Shown here in pieces: positions 9,153 to 18,653 of a stretch of DNA of 64,000 nucleotides (within the stretch, counting starts at the first letter, position 1; the number at the start of each line of letters is the position of its first letter). Location of the stretch: positions 109 through 64,108 of the forward strand of contig JBAUAJ010000102.1 of NCBI GenBank assembly GCA_049675585.1. The letters are read 5' to 3'. The notes under the pieces were generated by a model. The model was not told where the DNA came from. It searched no databases and saw nothing but the letters and a program-made list of their open reading frames with translations. Source of the stretch: Thermoplasmata archaeon. GTDB lineage: Archaea > Thermoplasmatota > Thermoplasmata > Lutacidiplasmatales > UBA184. The position numbers were made by a program, and so were the translations under genes.

Positions 9153-10681
9153 GTACGTGTTTAGCGCCCAATCGGGCCCACTAACAGTTTAGGGCGTTGT
9201 AGAGTTTCACCGCGGGATCCTCGCCGCGGGTTCGCCATGTCCCGACGATACTCATCAGGCGGGCGAACACATTCGCCCCTCGCTCGTTCCTCAGGGTTCC
9301 GATGATCTTCCGGACCACCACCGCTTCTCGTAGCGCCCTCTCCCCTCGATTATTCGTCGGCTCGACCCCGGGCCGCCTCAGGAAGGTTAGCCACGACCCC
9401 ATTCCATTCCGAAGATACACCCCCACCTTTCGGAGTGCCTCTGACCCACCCCGTTCGTATTGCCGCTGAAGAGAGTGGAGCTCCCGCTGCCCCAGTCGCT
9501 CCAGTCTCGAACGATTCCTCGCTCCGTCGTCGTCGGCCAACTCTTGGGTGAGGATTCCGTAGAGCGCCTTCAGCTCCTCCGCGAGTATCTTCGCCTCCTC
9601 GTCCTCCTTGCCCGCGGCCTTCGCGATCCTCAGGAGATGCGCCCAACACCGCTGGAGCGAGTATCCCAGGTAGGCGGTCCACCCATCGCAGACCACGGTG
9701 CCCCCGTACTCCTTGCCCAGTATCTCCTCGACCACGGAGGCACCTCGGCTCGGCCGTATCACGAGGAGGACGTCGCCCGCCACCGTGGTGAACCCCCACA
9801 ACCACCACGTCTTCCCGTCCATCAAGAAGCTCGTCTCGTCGGCGTGGACCACCGCCGATCGACGGATCCGCCGGCGGATCGCTCCATACTCCTCCCCGAG
9901 CTGATCGCTCGCGGCCCACACGAGTCCCTGGAGCGTGGCGGTGCTCATCGAAGCGCCCTCCCGCGCGAGCCGTTCCGCCAAACGACGGTAGGGAAGTCGC
10001 TCGAGAATCTTGCCGATCACGACCTCGCCCTGGAGTTGCGGACCGTAGCCGGAGGGAGCCCTGCCGTCGGGCAGGGTGCCTCGAACTTCCTCGCCACAAT
10101 CGAGGCACGCGTAGACGGGGATGGTGAACTCGGTCGCCACTGCCTTCCTCGGCGGAGGGAGCTCCACTTCGGTCTTCGTATCAGTTCCGGTGCGTCGGAG
10201 TCGGTGGCCGTGGCATCGGCCACAGGCAGCGGCGCTCAGGGTCACCCTCCGATCAGGGACGAGCGGCTCGCGGGTCATGCCGGGATGGCCGGATTTGGGT
10301 CCGGGCCTCTTCCGTTCCTCGGGCGGAGTGAGGGGCCGCTCGCGGGAGAACCCGGGAGAATGATGGAGCACGCTGGGAGGGACGTTCGGGTTCTCGTGGA
10401 CCTTCAGACGCCGGCGGAGCTCCGCCGCCTCCTTGCGGAGGCGCTCGATCTCGGCCTCCTGTTCCCGGAGCTTCTTTCGAAGCTCAGCGGCCTCCTCGGG
10501 AGTGAAGATGACCTTGTCACCGTCGGCGGTGGGAGTGAGCCGGAAGTACCAGTCCCGAGCGACCATTTGCCCTCGGGTGAGGGGCTAACGGCTTCCTAGA
10601 TTTACAATTTGGGTACGCGCAGAAGCGACGGGGATCTCCCGTCAACGTGTGACGAATTCCCTGACGGAGCTAAACACGTAC
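9153..10681 (-). mobile_element. IS66-family insertion sequence (single-ORF variant)
   Basis: Perfect 13-bp terminal inverted repeats: GTACGTGTTTAGC at 9153-9165 and GCTAAACACGTAC at 10669-10681. They are flanked by an identical 8-bp direct repeat GGAACTCC (9145-9152 and 10682-10689). An 8-bp duplication is the IS66-family target size. Confidence 0.85.
9181..10566 (-). CDS. IS66-family transposase (TnpC-like)
   Basis: N-terminal coiled coil (EAEIERLRKEAAELRRRLK), a Zn-finger (CGRCHGH ... CLDCGEE), and a DDE region (VHADETSFLMDGKTWWLWGF, VVCDGWTAYLG, RCWAHLLR). Confidence 0.9.
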   Translation of the reverse strand: MVARDWYFRLTPTADGDKVIFTPEEAAELRKKLREQEAEIERLRKEAAELRRRLKVHENPNVPPSVLHHSPGFSRERPLTPPEERKRPGPKSGHPGMTREPLVPDRRVTLSAAACGRCHGHRLRRTGTDTKTEVELPPPRKAVATEFTIPVYACLDCGEEVRGTLPDGRAPSGYGPQLQGEVVIGKILERLPYRRLAERLAREGASMSTATLQGLVWAASDQLGEEYGAIRRRIRRSAVVHADETSFLMDGKTWWLWGFTTVAGDVLLVIRPSRGASVVEEILGKEYGGTVVCDGWTAYLGYSLQRCWAHLLRIAKAAGKEDEEAKILAEELKALYGILTQELADDDGARNRSRLERLGQRELHSLQRQYERGGSEALRKVGVYLRNGMGSWLTFLRRPGVEPTNNRGERALREAVVVRKIIGTLRNERGANVFARLMSIVGTWRTRGEDPAVKLYNALNC

Positions 10682-10689
10682 GGAACTCC
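10682..10689. repeat. Right copy of the 8-bp target-site duplication GGAACTCC of the IS66 element
   Basis: Identical octamer immediately outside both inverted repeats. Confidence 0.85.
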
Positions 10690-10774
10690 GACCGCGCTCC
10701 ATGGCTCCACGACCTTTTCCCTCGGGGGTAAGTGGCCCCTTCGAACCCAGAGGGGGTTTCCCGTGCTGGGAACC

Positions 10775-10904
10775 CACGATGCCTCGGCGTTAAGCCAATG
10801 GTCGAGCCCCGTCCCTCGGGTCGGGCTTCGTGCTCCCACAAGTCGTAGGCCATCCCCCGGATCTCCTCGTCGCGTGTCAATGCCCGCTCCCCCGGATCCC
10901 TCAA
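10775..10904 (-). pseudogene. DUF2934-like small gene split by a 1-nt frame change
   Basis: One frame gives MRDPGERALTRDEEIRGMAYDLWEHEARPEGRG. The next frame continues with GLDHWLNAEASW. Together they reproduce the DUF2934 pattern EEIRxxAYxLWExxGRPxGRxxxxWLxAE. The break lies in a G-run. Confidence 0.3.
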
Positions 10905-11111
10905 TCTCGCGTCGACTAAGCTTGGAAGTGAAGACCTTACTTACGGGTTCTGAGGGGCGAAGCGAGGGGACAGTCGCACGCAGTACCACCGCGGGCCTGA
11001 TACGGGGACCGCGAGAGCGATCGCGGACCGCGATCAGCGAGCGGAAATGTCAAGGCCGAGACGCCAAGCGGGCATCGCGGAAAATATAGGTCCCTCACCC
11101 CTCGCCACGAT

Positions 11112-12380
11112 GTGCCCTTCTCCGCCGCCTCCCGTCAGTTTCTCACCGCGGCGTTGGTCCACCTCGCGGCGGCAGGCGCCGTGTTGCTGCTGGGCTCGGG
11201 CGTGGGGGCACTCACCATACGCTGGGACTTCCTCGTCTGGCTACTTCTCATCGGCTTTGCCGGGTTCACCACCGCCGGGTTCGCCCTCCACCTCTTTCCA
11301 ACTATCTCCCGGCGCCACCAACCACCCTCCAGGGTCGGGCAGGCAGCGTTCCTCCTCGCCGAGGGTGGCCTCGTCCTCGGAGCGGCCGGCCTCTCAGAAG
11401 CGACCTCGCCTGCCCTCCCTAGGTGGGTCTTCTCACTAGGGGCGCTACTCTTCCTGTGTGGCGAAGGAGCCATTGTAGGTCTCTTCGCTCGCGAGCTCGT
11501 CCAACCCCGGTTGAATGCCCCCGGGCCCGAGACCCGACCCGGCGATGCCGTGACGGTCCCCCTCTTTCTCATGTCGTGGATCTCGGCAGTGGGCTCGGGC
11601 GGGCTGTTCTTCCTCTCCGGCCTCGCCGAGGGGCCCGGGTTCGGTTGGTGGATCGCGGCGGTGCACCTGTTCGTTCTCGGGCACGCCATCCTCCTCATCA
11701 CGGCGGTCAGCCTCCGCCTCATCCCCCGTTCGCTCGACGCCAACGTTTCGCGCCCGGTAGTCTACCTTGTCGCCGGCCTCGCTATCGCCGGCGCGTTCCT
11801 CGTACCGGTCGGGATGCTAACGCTTCCGCTGCGTTCCGCCCCCGACCTCGCCTTCTTCGCGGCACCCGAGGCGGCGTTCGCGGTCCTGTTCGTTTCTGTG
11901 CTGATAGTCCTCGTGAGCCGGGCCCGGACTCCCCGCGCCGAAGCTGGCCTTCACCTGACGAGCCTCTCGTTGTTCCTGATCGGTGGAGCGATCGGACTCT
12001 GGATGGTCTCCGAATCGGACTACACCCTGGTCGTTACTCACGCGCTCGTCAACGTCCTCGGGTTTGTGGGCCTCACGATCCTGTTCATGTGGTTCGGAAT
12101 GATAGCCCCATTCCAGAGGATCTCCCATGCCTGGACGCGACGCATGCTCTGGGTTCTGTCTGCAATCTGGGTTGTTGGGGTGGTCACAGCCGCAACGGAG
12201 GGCGCCGGCGGGTGGTCCGGCACCGGTTGGTTATCGTCGTTCTCGGGGGCCCTCCTTCTCGGAGTGGCCATCACATGGGGGGCTGGTACGGTACCGGTCC
12301 TTTATCCGGGACTCAATCCATTGCCGGGACTGACCAGCGGTGAGATCCGGGTCATTCGAGATCGATGGAAAAACCGGTGA
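11112..12380 (+). CDS. Polytopic membrane protein with conserved intramembrane His residues (tentatively NnrS-like)
   Basis: About 12 hydrophobic segments. His in helices: GFALHLFP, AVHLFVLGHAILLI, VVTHALVNVLGF. GTG start. The 3' end overlaps the hemerythrin gene by 16 nt. Confidence 0.6.
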   Translation: MPFSAASRQFLTAALVHLAAAGAVLLLGSGVGALTIRWDFLVWLLLIGFAGFTTAGFALHLFPTISRRHQPPSRVGQAAFLLAEGGLVLGAAGLSEATSPALPRWVFSLGALLFLCGEGAIVGLFARELVQPRLNAPGPETRPGDAVTVPLFLMSWISAVGSGGLFFLSGLAEGPGFGWWIAAVHLFVLGHAILLITAVSLRLIPRSLDANVSRPVVYLVAGLAIAGAFLVPVGMLTLPLRSAPDLAFFAAPEAAFAVLFVSVLIVLVSRARTPRAEAGLHLTSLSLFLIGGAIGLWMVSESDYTLVVTHALVNVLGFVGLTILFMWFGMIAPFQRISHAWTRRMLWVLSAIWVVGVVTAATEGAGGWSGTGWLSSFSGALLLGVAITWGAGTVPVLYPGLNPLPGLTSGEIRVIRDRWKNR

Positions 12381-12841
12381 ACGACTCGGTGGAACCGCCG
12401 TCCCAGATGCTGTCGGGTGACCACCGAGAGCTCGACCAGAAGTTCGAGGAGTTCAAGGCGACTCCCGTGTCCGAGATGGCCCAACGTCGCGAACGGTTCG
12501 ACCGATTCGCGACCGACCTGCGTCGCCACATCGAGGTCGAAGAGCGTCTCCTCTTCCCCGTCTTCGGGGAAGGGAATTCCTCCCGCCGCCTGCTGGTCGA
12601 CCTGATGCTCGACGAGCACCGACGGATCGAGGAGGTGCTGCAAAGGATTCACCTCCGGCTGGACGCCGGCCCTGAGTCGACCGAGGGCCTCGAATTTGAG
12701 CTCCTCAACGTCCTCTGGGCCCACGACGCTCGCGAGGAAGAGTCGGTTTACCCTTGGTTTGATTCGCATCTCCCGTCGGATCTGACGAGGACGGTAAACC
12801 GCGAGCTCCGGGAGTCCGCGCCCCCTTCGGGCAATCCGTAG
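12365..12841 (+). CDS. Hemerythrin-like (HHE cation-binding) domain protein
   Basis: Repeated H/E ligand motifs: RRHIEVEERLLFP, LDEHRRIEEVL, WAHDAREEESVYP. Confidence 0.7.
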   Translation: MEKPVNDSVEPPSQMLSGDHRELDQKFEEFKATPVSEMAQRRERFDRFATDLRRHIEVEERLLFPVFGEGNSSRRLLVDLMLDEHRRIEEVLQRIHLRLDAGPESTEGLEFELLNVLWAHDAREEESVYPWFDSHLPSDLTRTVNRELRESAPPSGNP

Positions 12842-13180
12842 CCAGTTCCTCCGCGGAAGCCCCACCCTCCTCGTCGGCCGGTTCTCATGTATCCTACTCG
12901 GCGGCGGCCCAGTCGCTCGCCAGGGTTGGACACGAACTGAAACCGTCGATCCATTGCCGTGTTCGGTAGATTCAGCGACCTACCGTCACTCGCGAGGAAC
13001 GTCGTTCTTACAGGGCGGGACCCACCCCCCAGAACCGGGCGTAGGGAAGCTCGACCATTTGGTTGGTCGAATGGATTCGGCCCACCGATAGCGGCGCATT
13101 GCAGAAGATCGCCTATCGGAGCTCGAGGTGACGACGGGGCAACCAGTCCTCCGAGGGGCGATTCGATCCACGCCTATGAC

Positions 13181-14779
13181 TCAGAACGGATTCTCGCTGT
13201 AGTCGATCGGCACGTCCACCACGGAGGGAGTCTTCGAGTTGATCGCCTCTCGCAGGACTCCGGCAAACTCACGGGGATTGGACGCCCGGAATCCTCGGGC
13301 GCCGAACGACTCGGCGAGCCGGACCAGATCCGGATTCCCGAACTCCGTGCCGAAGGTTCGGCCGGCCTTCGCGAATTGCTTGATGCGGATGCTTCCCAAG
13401 CCATCATCACGGAACACGATATTCGTCGTGGCGCAGCCTTCACGGCGAGCCGTTTCGAGCTCTTGGACATTCATCAGGAAGCCTCCGTCGCCACTGACGG
13501 TCACGACGTGGCGGTCGGGGTACAGGATCGCGGCCGCGAGGCCCCCCGGCAACGCGATTCCCATCGAGGCGAGCCCGTTGGAGATGATCACGGTGTTTGG
13601 TCGGTTCGCGGGGAAGAAACGGCCGACCCAGAGCTTGTGCGCCCCCACGTCGCTGATGACGATGTCTTCCGGAGCGAGCGCCGCCCTTAATTCGTGCAAG
13701 ATACGGCGTGGATCCGATCGTCCGTCGGGAAGGTCGCGACCTCCTTCGAGCCCCCGGAGGATCGGTTGGCGGAGGGTCGAGACCCGGCGGTCGTCCTTGG
13801 GCGTCGGGATCCGTTCCCGGAGCAGCTGCAGCGACTCGCGGATATCGGCGACGATCTCGACCGAAGGAACGTAGTGTGACGAGACCTCGGCGGGAGTGAA
13901 GTCGACGTGAACGATCCGTTGTTGGGCTCGAGGATTCCAGTGCTTGGGGTCGTACTCGACCAGGTCGTAGCCGACACAGATCACGAGGTCCGCCTGGTCG
14001 AAGCCGAGGGTTCGGTAGTCGGACCCCTGACGCGCGAGAACGAAGAGATTCATCGGGGAATCCCACGGGAGGCATCCCTTGCACATCAGCGTGTGCGCTA
14101 CGGGGATCCGGAGTTCCTCAGCAAACCTGGTCAGCTCCCCGGGGGCATCGCCGCGGATCACTCCGTTCCCGGCGAGAATCATCGGTGCCCTGGATTGACG
14201 AATGAGCTCGGCGGCTCGGTCAAGACTGGGTCGGTCCGGCGACGGACGCCGAGCCCGTTCCCACGGGATCGGACGGTCCGTGATTTCCGCTTCCGCGACG
14301 TCGGCGGGGAGCTCGAGATGGGTCGGTCCGGGTTTCTCTGTTTGCGCGACCTTGAACGCTTTCCGGACCGCCTCTGCGGTCACCCGCGGATTCCCGATCC
14401 GAGCGTGCCACTTGGTGATAGGCTCGAACAGCTTGAGCACATCGATGTATTGGTGGGATTCCCTGTGGATGAGGGAGAGGTCTTCTTGAGCGGTGATCGC
14501 GACCAGCGGTGCCCGGTCGAGATAAGCGTCTGCCACACCGGTGACAAGGTTGGTGGCGCCCGGCCCCAGCGTAGCGACGCAAACGCCGGCCCGCGTCGCC
14601 AGCCGGCCGTAGAGGTCCGCCATGAACGCTGCCCCCTGTTCGTGCCGGGTGAGGACGAACCGGATTGAACTCGAGCCGAGCGCCTCCATCAGCTCGATGT
14701 TCTCCTCTCCTGGGATCCCGAACACCGTCGTCACGCGCTCGTTCTCGAGGGCCTTAACGACGAGCTCCGCGACGTTCAT
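13181..14779 (-). CDS. Thiamine-diphosphate enzyme, acetolactate synthase large-subunit-like
   Basis: N-terminus MNVAELVVKALENERVTTVFGIPGEENIELMEAL. TPP-binding GDGGFLMNVQELETA. Confidence 0.85.
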   Translation of the reverse strand: MNVAELVVKALENERVTTVFGIPGEENIELMEALGSSSIRFVLTRHEQGAAFMADLYGRLATRAGVCVATLGPGATNLVTGVADAYLDRAPLVAITAQEDLSLIHRESHQYIDVLKLFEPITKWHARIGNPRVTAEAVRKAFKVAQTEKPGPTHLELPADVAEAEITDRPIPWERARRPSPDRPSLDRAAELIRQSRAPMILAGNGVIRGDAPGELTRFAEELRIPVAHTLMCKGCLPWDSPMNLFVLARQGSDYRTLGFDQADLVICVGYDLVEYDPKHWNPRAQQRIVHVDFTPAEVSSHYVPSVEIVADIRESLQLLRERIPTPKDDRRVSTLRQPILRGLEGGRDLPDGRSDPRRILHELRAALAPEDIVISDVGAHKLWVGRFFPANRPNTVIISNGLASMGIALPGGLAAAILYPDRHVVTVSGDGGFLMNVQELETARREGCATTNIVFRDDGLGSIRIKQFAKAGRTFGTEFGNPDLVRLAESFGARGFRASNPREFAGVLREAINSKTPSVVDVPIDYSENPF

Positions 14780-15301
14780 TGGACTTCGGTCATCTCCTGT
14801 TCAGAACCCGGATGATTTCATGTTGACCACTCGAATTGCGGCCGCCACATTAGCAAATCGGGCGTGGGGGTTCGGGGAATAGAACCTGGGGTTTCTGACA
14901 GTGTTGGAGGGGCGGGCGGATTCGGTTCATCGCACCGAGCGGTAGGAGAATCGGTTTGCCATGAATGAAGGATGTGGTTTGTCAACCCACAGGTTGAAAG
15001 CAGCGACGAAGTGAGCGTTGCCAGGGCCAAGACGGGACTTCCGACGCAGATCTCCGGTTCACTCTCGGACGGTAGGCGGACCCTGGGGCCGCGTCGTAAG
15101 TGCTGAATCAATGCTCAGGGGTCACTGGATTCGCTTGCCGTTGGGATTCGGAGCCCTCTTGCTCTCCCCTCGAACGCGGTGCCTCGCTCCGGTAGTCGGA
15201 ATCATTCGGAGTCGGGTCGCGACCTCTGCTATGAGCCCCGTTCGGAGCAACGGCAAGACCTTTAGGGGGGGTAGCTTAGCCCCCCTCCCTCACCCACAAC
15301 C

Positions 15302-15982
15302 GTGGAGCTCTTCAACAGGAACGTTACTCTTCTGAGGTTCCCTGGCGGGGGGGCCTTTTCGAAGAAGATTCTCGCGACCCGGGCCGCCTCGGCTGAGAGC
15401 GAGCCCCGAGTTTCCCGGATCTCGCCGCCCTCGACGTTTCCCGTGAAGAGACGGGGGGTCGTGATCACTGTTCAGGTGCCAACCCGAGTAGGGGGCCTTG
15501 AGCTCGTCTCCGACGAAATCCGCTACGCCCCTCAACACTTTGTCGTTCCGAGCTTGGTGTACGTCCTCGACGGTCCGGACGCGTCGACCGAGATTCTTGG
15601 CTATCGAAGGGGTGCGATTCGCGCCCTGCTCAGTTCCACGTTTTCCGGTCAGGACGCCGGTCCCCCGGAACCTCAGGCGCTGCGGCCGATCTCCCGGATA
15701 TTCCGGAAGGGTGATGTCTTGCTCAGGGCCCGCTACGTCCTCAAAGGCGGGCGCGCTGATGAACCGATTATCCGGACGGATACCGGGCGGAACCTGCCAT
15801 TCGAAGATCTCGTGAAGGTTGCGGACCCGGTCGAATCCATCACGATTCAAGCTCCCACGAATCGAGGGAGCCTCACGTTCAGAGTAGATTACGGTACGAG
15901 TAGCGTGAGTTTCTATAATTCTAGCCGCGTGCCTCTATCGTGGGATGACGTCTTCCAGACTGTCGATAAGCGCCTGTTCTGA
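15302..15982 (+). CDS. Hypothetical protein, first gene of the low-GC island
   Basis: Third-position G/C bias favours the + frame over the antisense ORF 15290..15850. The stop lies 11 nt before the next gene. No recognisable domain. Confidence 0.45.
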   Translation: MELFNRNVTLLRFPGGGAFSKKILATRAASAESEPRVSRISPPSTFPVKRRGVVITVQVPTRVGGLELVSDEIRYAPQHFVVPSLVYVLDGPDASTEILGYRRGAIRALLSSTFSGQDAGPPEPQALRPISRIFRKGDVLLRARYVLKGGRADEPIIRTDTGRNLPFEDLVKVADPVESITIQAPTNRGSLTFRVDYGTSSVSFYNSSRVPLSWDDVFQTVDKRLF

Positions 15983-15993
15983 GTCCGGGGTGG

Positions 15994-16461
15994 GTGGCGA
16001 TGTCGAATCTTGATGAATTTGGGAAGGGCGCGCTCGAGAAGAAGGCGAACACGGTCCACTCTTCCCCCCTTCATACCCTGACTCTGCTCTTTATCGGGAA
16101 ACAGGGAGTTGCGACGTGGCCTCAATTGGAGTCCTCTCTGGCCATGATCGGATGTGATGATGCCGTCGCGGCCACCCTCGTTGGTCAACTCGAAAAGTTG
16201 GGACTTCTGATCGACCATTCGAGCTCCGCCGTGAGTCACCTATCGATACTAAAGCTAACAGACGAGGGTCGGGAGGTTGTCAATCTCATCGGGCCCTTGG
16301 AAAGAACCCAAGGATACCCGGTAACGCACCTGTTTGTAACTCTCGCGGTTGGGAGGAGGATAGTGGCGCGAAACCCGAAGTACGTGAACTCGAACCTTCT
16401 TCCAGCAGTCTCTTCTCTCGTCGACGACCTAATGGATAAGGTGGTTGCGCCCCAGGCCTAA
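15994..16461 (+). CDS. Winged-helix (MarR/PadR-like) DNA-binding protein
   Basis: LTLLFIGKQGVATWPQLESSL ... LVGQLEKLGLLIDHS ... LKLTDEGREV is a wHTH pattern. The ATG at 16000, preceded by GGTGG, is an alternative start. The stop overlaps the next start (TAATG at 16459-16463). Confidence 0.55.
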   Translation: MAMSNLDEFGKGALEKKANTVHSSPLHTLTLLFIGKQGVATWPQLESSLAMIGCDDAVAATLVGQLEKLGLLIDHSSSAVSHLSILKLTDEGREVVNLIGPLERTQGYPVTHLFVTLAVGRRIVARNPKYVNSNLLPAVSSLVDDLMDKVVAPQA

Positions 16462-18653
16462 TGTCGACCGCACTGCCCCCGTGGGTAGTAGATGCGGTCC
16501 GTTCAGGGAAACTCGCCCTCTTTCTTGGCGCGGGATTTGGGAGCTTGGCGCGTTTGCCGAGCAGCCCAGAAATCGCCAACCTCCTGGCTAGAGACCTCAG
16601 AGAGAGTGGTGTCGAGGAAACTCGGGTCGCCGAGGCGCTCGGCCGAGGACTGCAAGCCGTGGCCGGGCTCCACGAGATGGAGATTGGCGCCACGCGCTGT
16701 CAGCACCGCGTCGCCGAGATCATCACCGAGGCCGAGAAAGGCGCGGACGAGTCCCTCCCGAAGCTAGTTCACAAACTTGGAACTGTACCGGTTATCACGA
16801 CGAATTACGACTCCTTGTTGATGCGCACCGCGACCTCGCAAAAGAAGTTCAGGGCGATTTGGAAGGGCGCTCAACTCGAGTCCACCTGCGTCGGCATCAA
16901 TTGCTATTACGCCCACGGACTGGCGACGGACCCGGCCTCGATAATTATCACCGACAAACAGTACAACCAGCCACATGATGATCCCTTGGACGAGATGCTT
17001 AGGACCATCCTTCGGACGCACAAGGTCGTATGCTTGGGCTTCTCCGGCCGGGACGAGGATTTCCGGAAGCTCCTATCCCGCCTTTCAGTCGAAGCGAGTG
17101 GTCCCCAGCACCATAGGGGTCTTCTCGTCGTCGGGGCAGGACACGCCACGCAGAAGCAGCCTTACGAGGCGGAGCTCGAAGACTACGGATACGAAATGTG
17201 CCCTCAGGACGCCGGAGACGTTCTCAGGAGTCTCGTCAAACTAACGGAAGAATGGCTTAGGGAATCTCGCCGTGAGGTTGATGAGGAGGTAGTTCGCGAT
17301 CCTCTGCTAAGGAAGCTGAAGGAGGACCCTGCCTCGTTCGAGGACCTCTCGTCGCTGGTCGACCTATCTAGTCCGTTTGGCGCGACAGCCTCCGGCTCGG
17401 ACCCCGTCGCGGAGGTGGTGAGGACTCTCCGTTCCGGCTCCTTTGGTAGTCAGTCCTCAGCCGAAGTGGCAGCCCAGGACTTGATCACGCTTTCCATCGC
17501 TCACGTAAGCCGTGAATCCGGAGCACGGGGCCAGCCACGTCGGTTCGCCTCAACATTGAAACTCCACAAGATCTGCTATTTTGCACGCGAGTACCTTCTG
17601 TCAGTGCCCCTCCAGTTCGAGTTCCAGCGTTACCCGTACGGTGTTTGGTCCCCGGCGCTGGAGAAGTCTATCGACGCGATGGTTGAGGGGGGTCTCATTG
17701 CCCGATTCACGGGTCGTGCGAGTGAGGGAGAGCCCCATCACGAACGCCCGGGTGAGTTCGAGCTTACAAGGGCGGGTGAAGAAGAGTATTCGAAAGCCGA
17801 GAGGCGGCTGCAAGAGGGCCCAGGCGGCCTCGGGCCAGAGAGGGTCACTCAACTCAAAGATTTTGTCTGGTTCCTCTACGGGCAGAAGACCGTGGTACTG
17901 GGACTCGCTTCGAAACGCGACTTCATCGACCGGTCTTGGGGCAAGGAACTCCGAGCAGCGGTGATGACGCGGATTGACTCGGCTCTCAGAGACTTGGCGG
18001 TCAAGGATCCGGAAAAGGAGAAAATCAAGCAGCGCATCGCGGCGGCGCTTTCCCCCACCACCCACGCTGGCGCAGCCATCGCTTGGGGTGATCTAGGTCC
18101 GGACGGAGTCGTACGCGAACTTGCGCGGCGTTCGCCCCGAACCGTGTTCGATCCGAGACGCATCGCTTGGTCCGAGCAGAATGGAGTCCCGACCAATTAC
18201 TACGTGCCATTGGGAGCATATCGCGAGGACAGCTCTGTTGTGCGTTGGGTGACCTCCCGGGTCAAGGAGCTACTTCCGAAAGACTGTGCAGCTATCGTCG
18301 TTCTCGCCGATGGGATCGCTTTTGACGCCGCCAAAAGCGTCGCTGTCGAGAGACACAATGTGCGAGTAATCGGTCCCGTAGGGGGTGAATCCGTCCTGTC
18401 CGAGCACCCCGAGTTGGGGGCTCTCAGGGGTGTTCGGGTTGCAGTCATGACCAACGCCACGCAGACTGGCAGAAGCGCCGGGTCGGTGGTTCAACGTCTA
18501 AAAGAAGTGGGATTGAACGTGGGCCCGGTCATCGCGATCGCCGACCGCGGCGTGGGGGCTTCGGAGCATCTAGCAGCGCAGGGCGTTCGACTCGAGGCCC
18601 TATTGCGGAAGAGCGACCTAATCGACATCGTGAGAGTCGCATATGTTGCTTGA
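16461..18653 (+). CDS. Three-part fusion: SIR2-like NADase domain, Panacea/DUF4065-like domain, degenerate orotate-PRTase-like domain
   Basis: SIR2_2 motifs: LALFLGAGFGS (aa 18-28), VITTNYDSLL (N115), YYAHG (H152), VVCLGFSGRDEDF. Middle region aa ~340-415: TLKLHKICYFAREYLL...FEFQRYPYGVWSPAL. The C-terminus aa ~590-730 is collinear with the OPRT fold (VRVAVMTNATQTGRS ... IAIADRGVGASEHLAAQGVRLEALL), but the acidic PRPP-loop pair is replaced by TN. Confidence 0.8.
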   Translation: MSTALPPWVVDAVRSGKLALFLGAGFGSLARLPSSPEIANLLARDLRESGVEETRVAEALGRGLQAVAGLHEMEIGATRCQHRVAEIITEAEKGADESLPKLVHKLGTVPVITTNYDSLLMRTATSQKKFRAIWKGAQLESTCVGINCYYAHGLATDPASIIITDKQYNQPHDDPLDEMLRTILRTHKVVCLGFSGRDEDFRKLLSRLSVEASGPQHHRGLLVVGAGHATQKQPYEAELEDYGYEMCPQDAGDVLRSLVKLTEEWLRESRREVDEEVVRDPLLRKLKEDPASFEDLSSLVDLSSPFGATASGSDPVAEVVRTLRSGSFGSQSSAEVAAQDLITLSIAHVSRESGARGQPRRFASTLKLHKICYFAREYLLSVPLQFEFQRYPYGVWSPALEKSIDAMVEGGLIARFTGRASEGEPHHERPGEFELTRAGEEEYSKAERRLQEGPGGLGPERVTQLKDFVWFLYGQKTVVLGLASKRDFIDRSWGKELRAAVMTRIDSALRDLAVKDPEKEKIKQRIAAALSPTTHAGAAIAWGDLGPDGVVRELARRSPRTVFDPRRIAWSEQNGVPTNYYVPLGAYREDSSVVRWVTSRVKELLPKDCAAIVVLADGIAFDAAKSVAVERHNVRVIGPVGGESVLSEHPELGALRGVRVAVMTNATQTGRSAGSVVQRLKEVGLNVGPVIAIADRGVGASEHLAAQGVRLEALLRKSDLIDIVRVAYVA

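Noticed and set aside
15263-15290. G7-TAGCTTAG-C6 hairpin just upstream of the first island gene
   Set aside because: It is a short GC stem with a 9-nt loop and no obvious partner motif. It could be incidental or a minor regulatory hairpin, and there is not enough evidence to call it.
14780-15301. Searched for a direct repeat of the tRNA-Val 3' segment that would define an att site for the 15.3-26.4 kb island
   Set aside because: No convincing match was seen by eye, so I do not claim tRNA-targeted integration for this island. A computational repeat search is needed.
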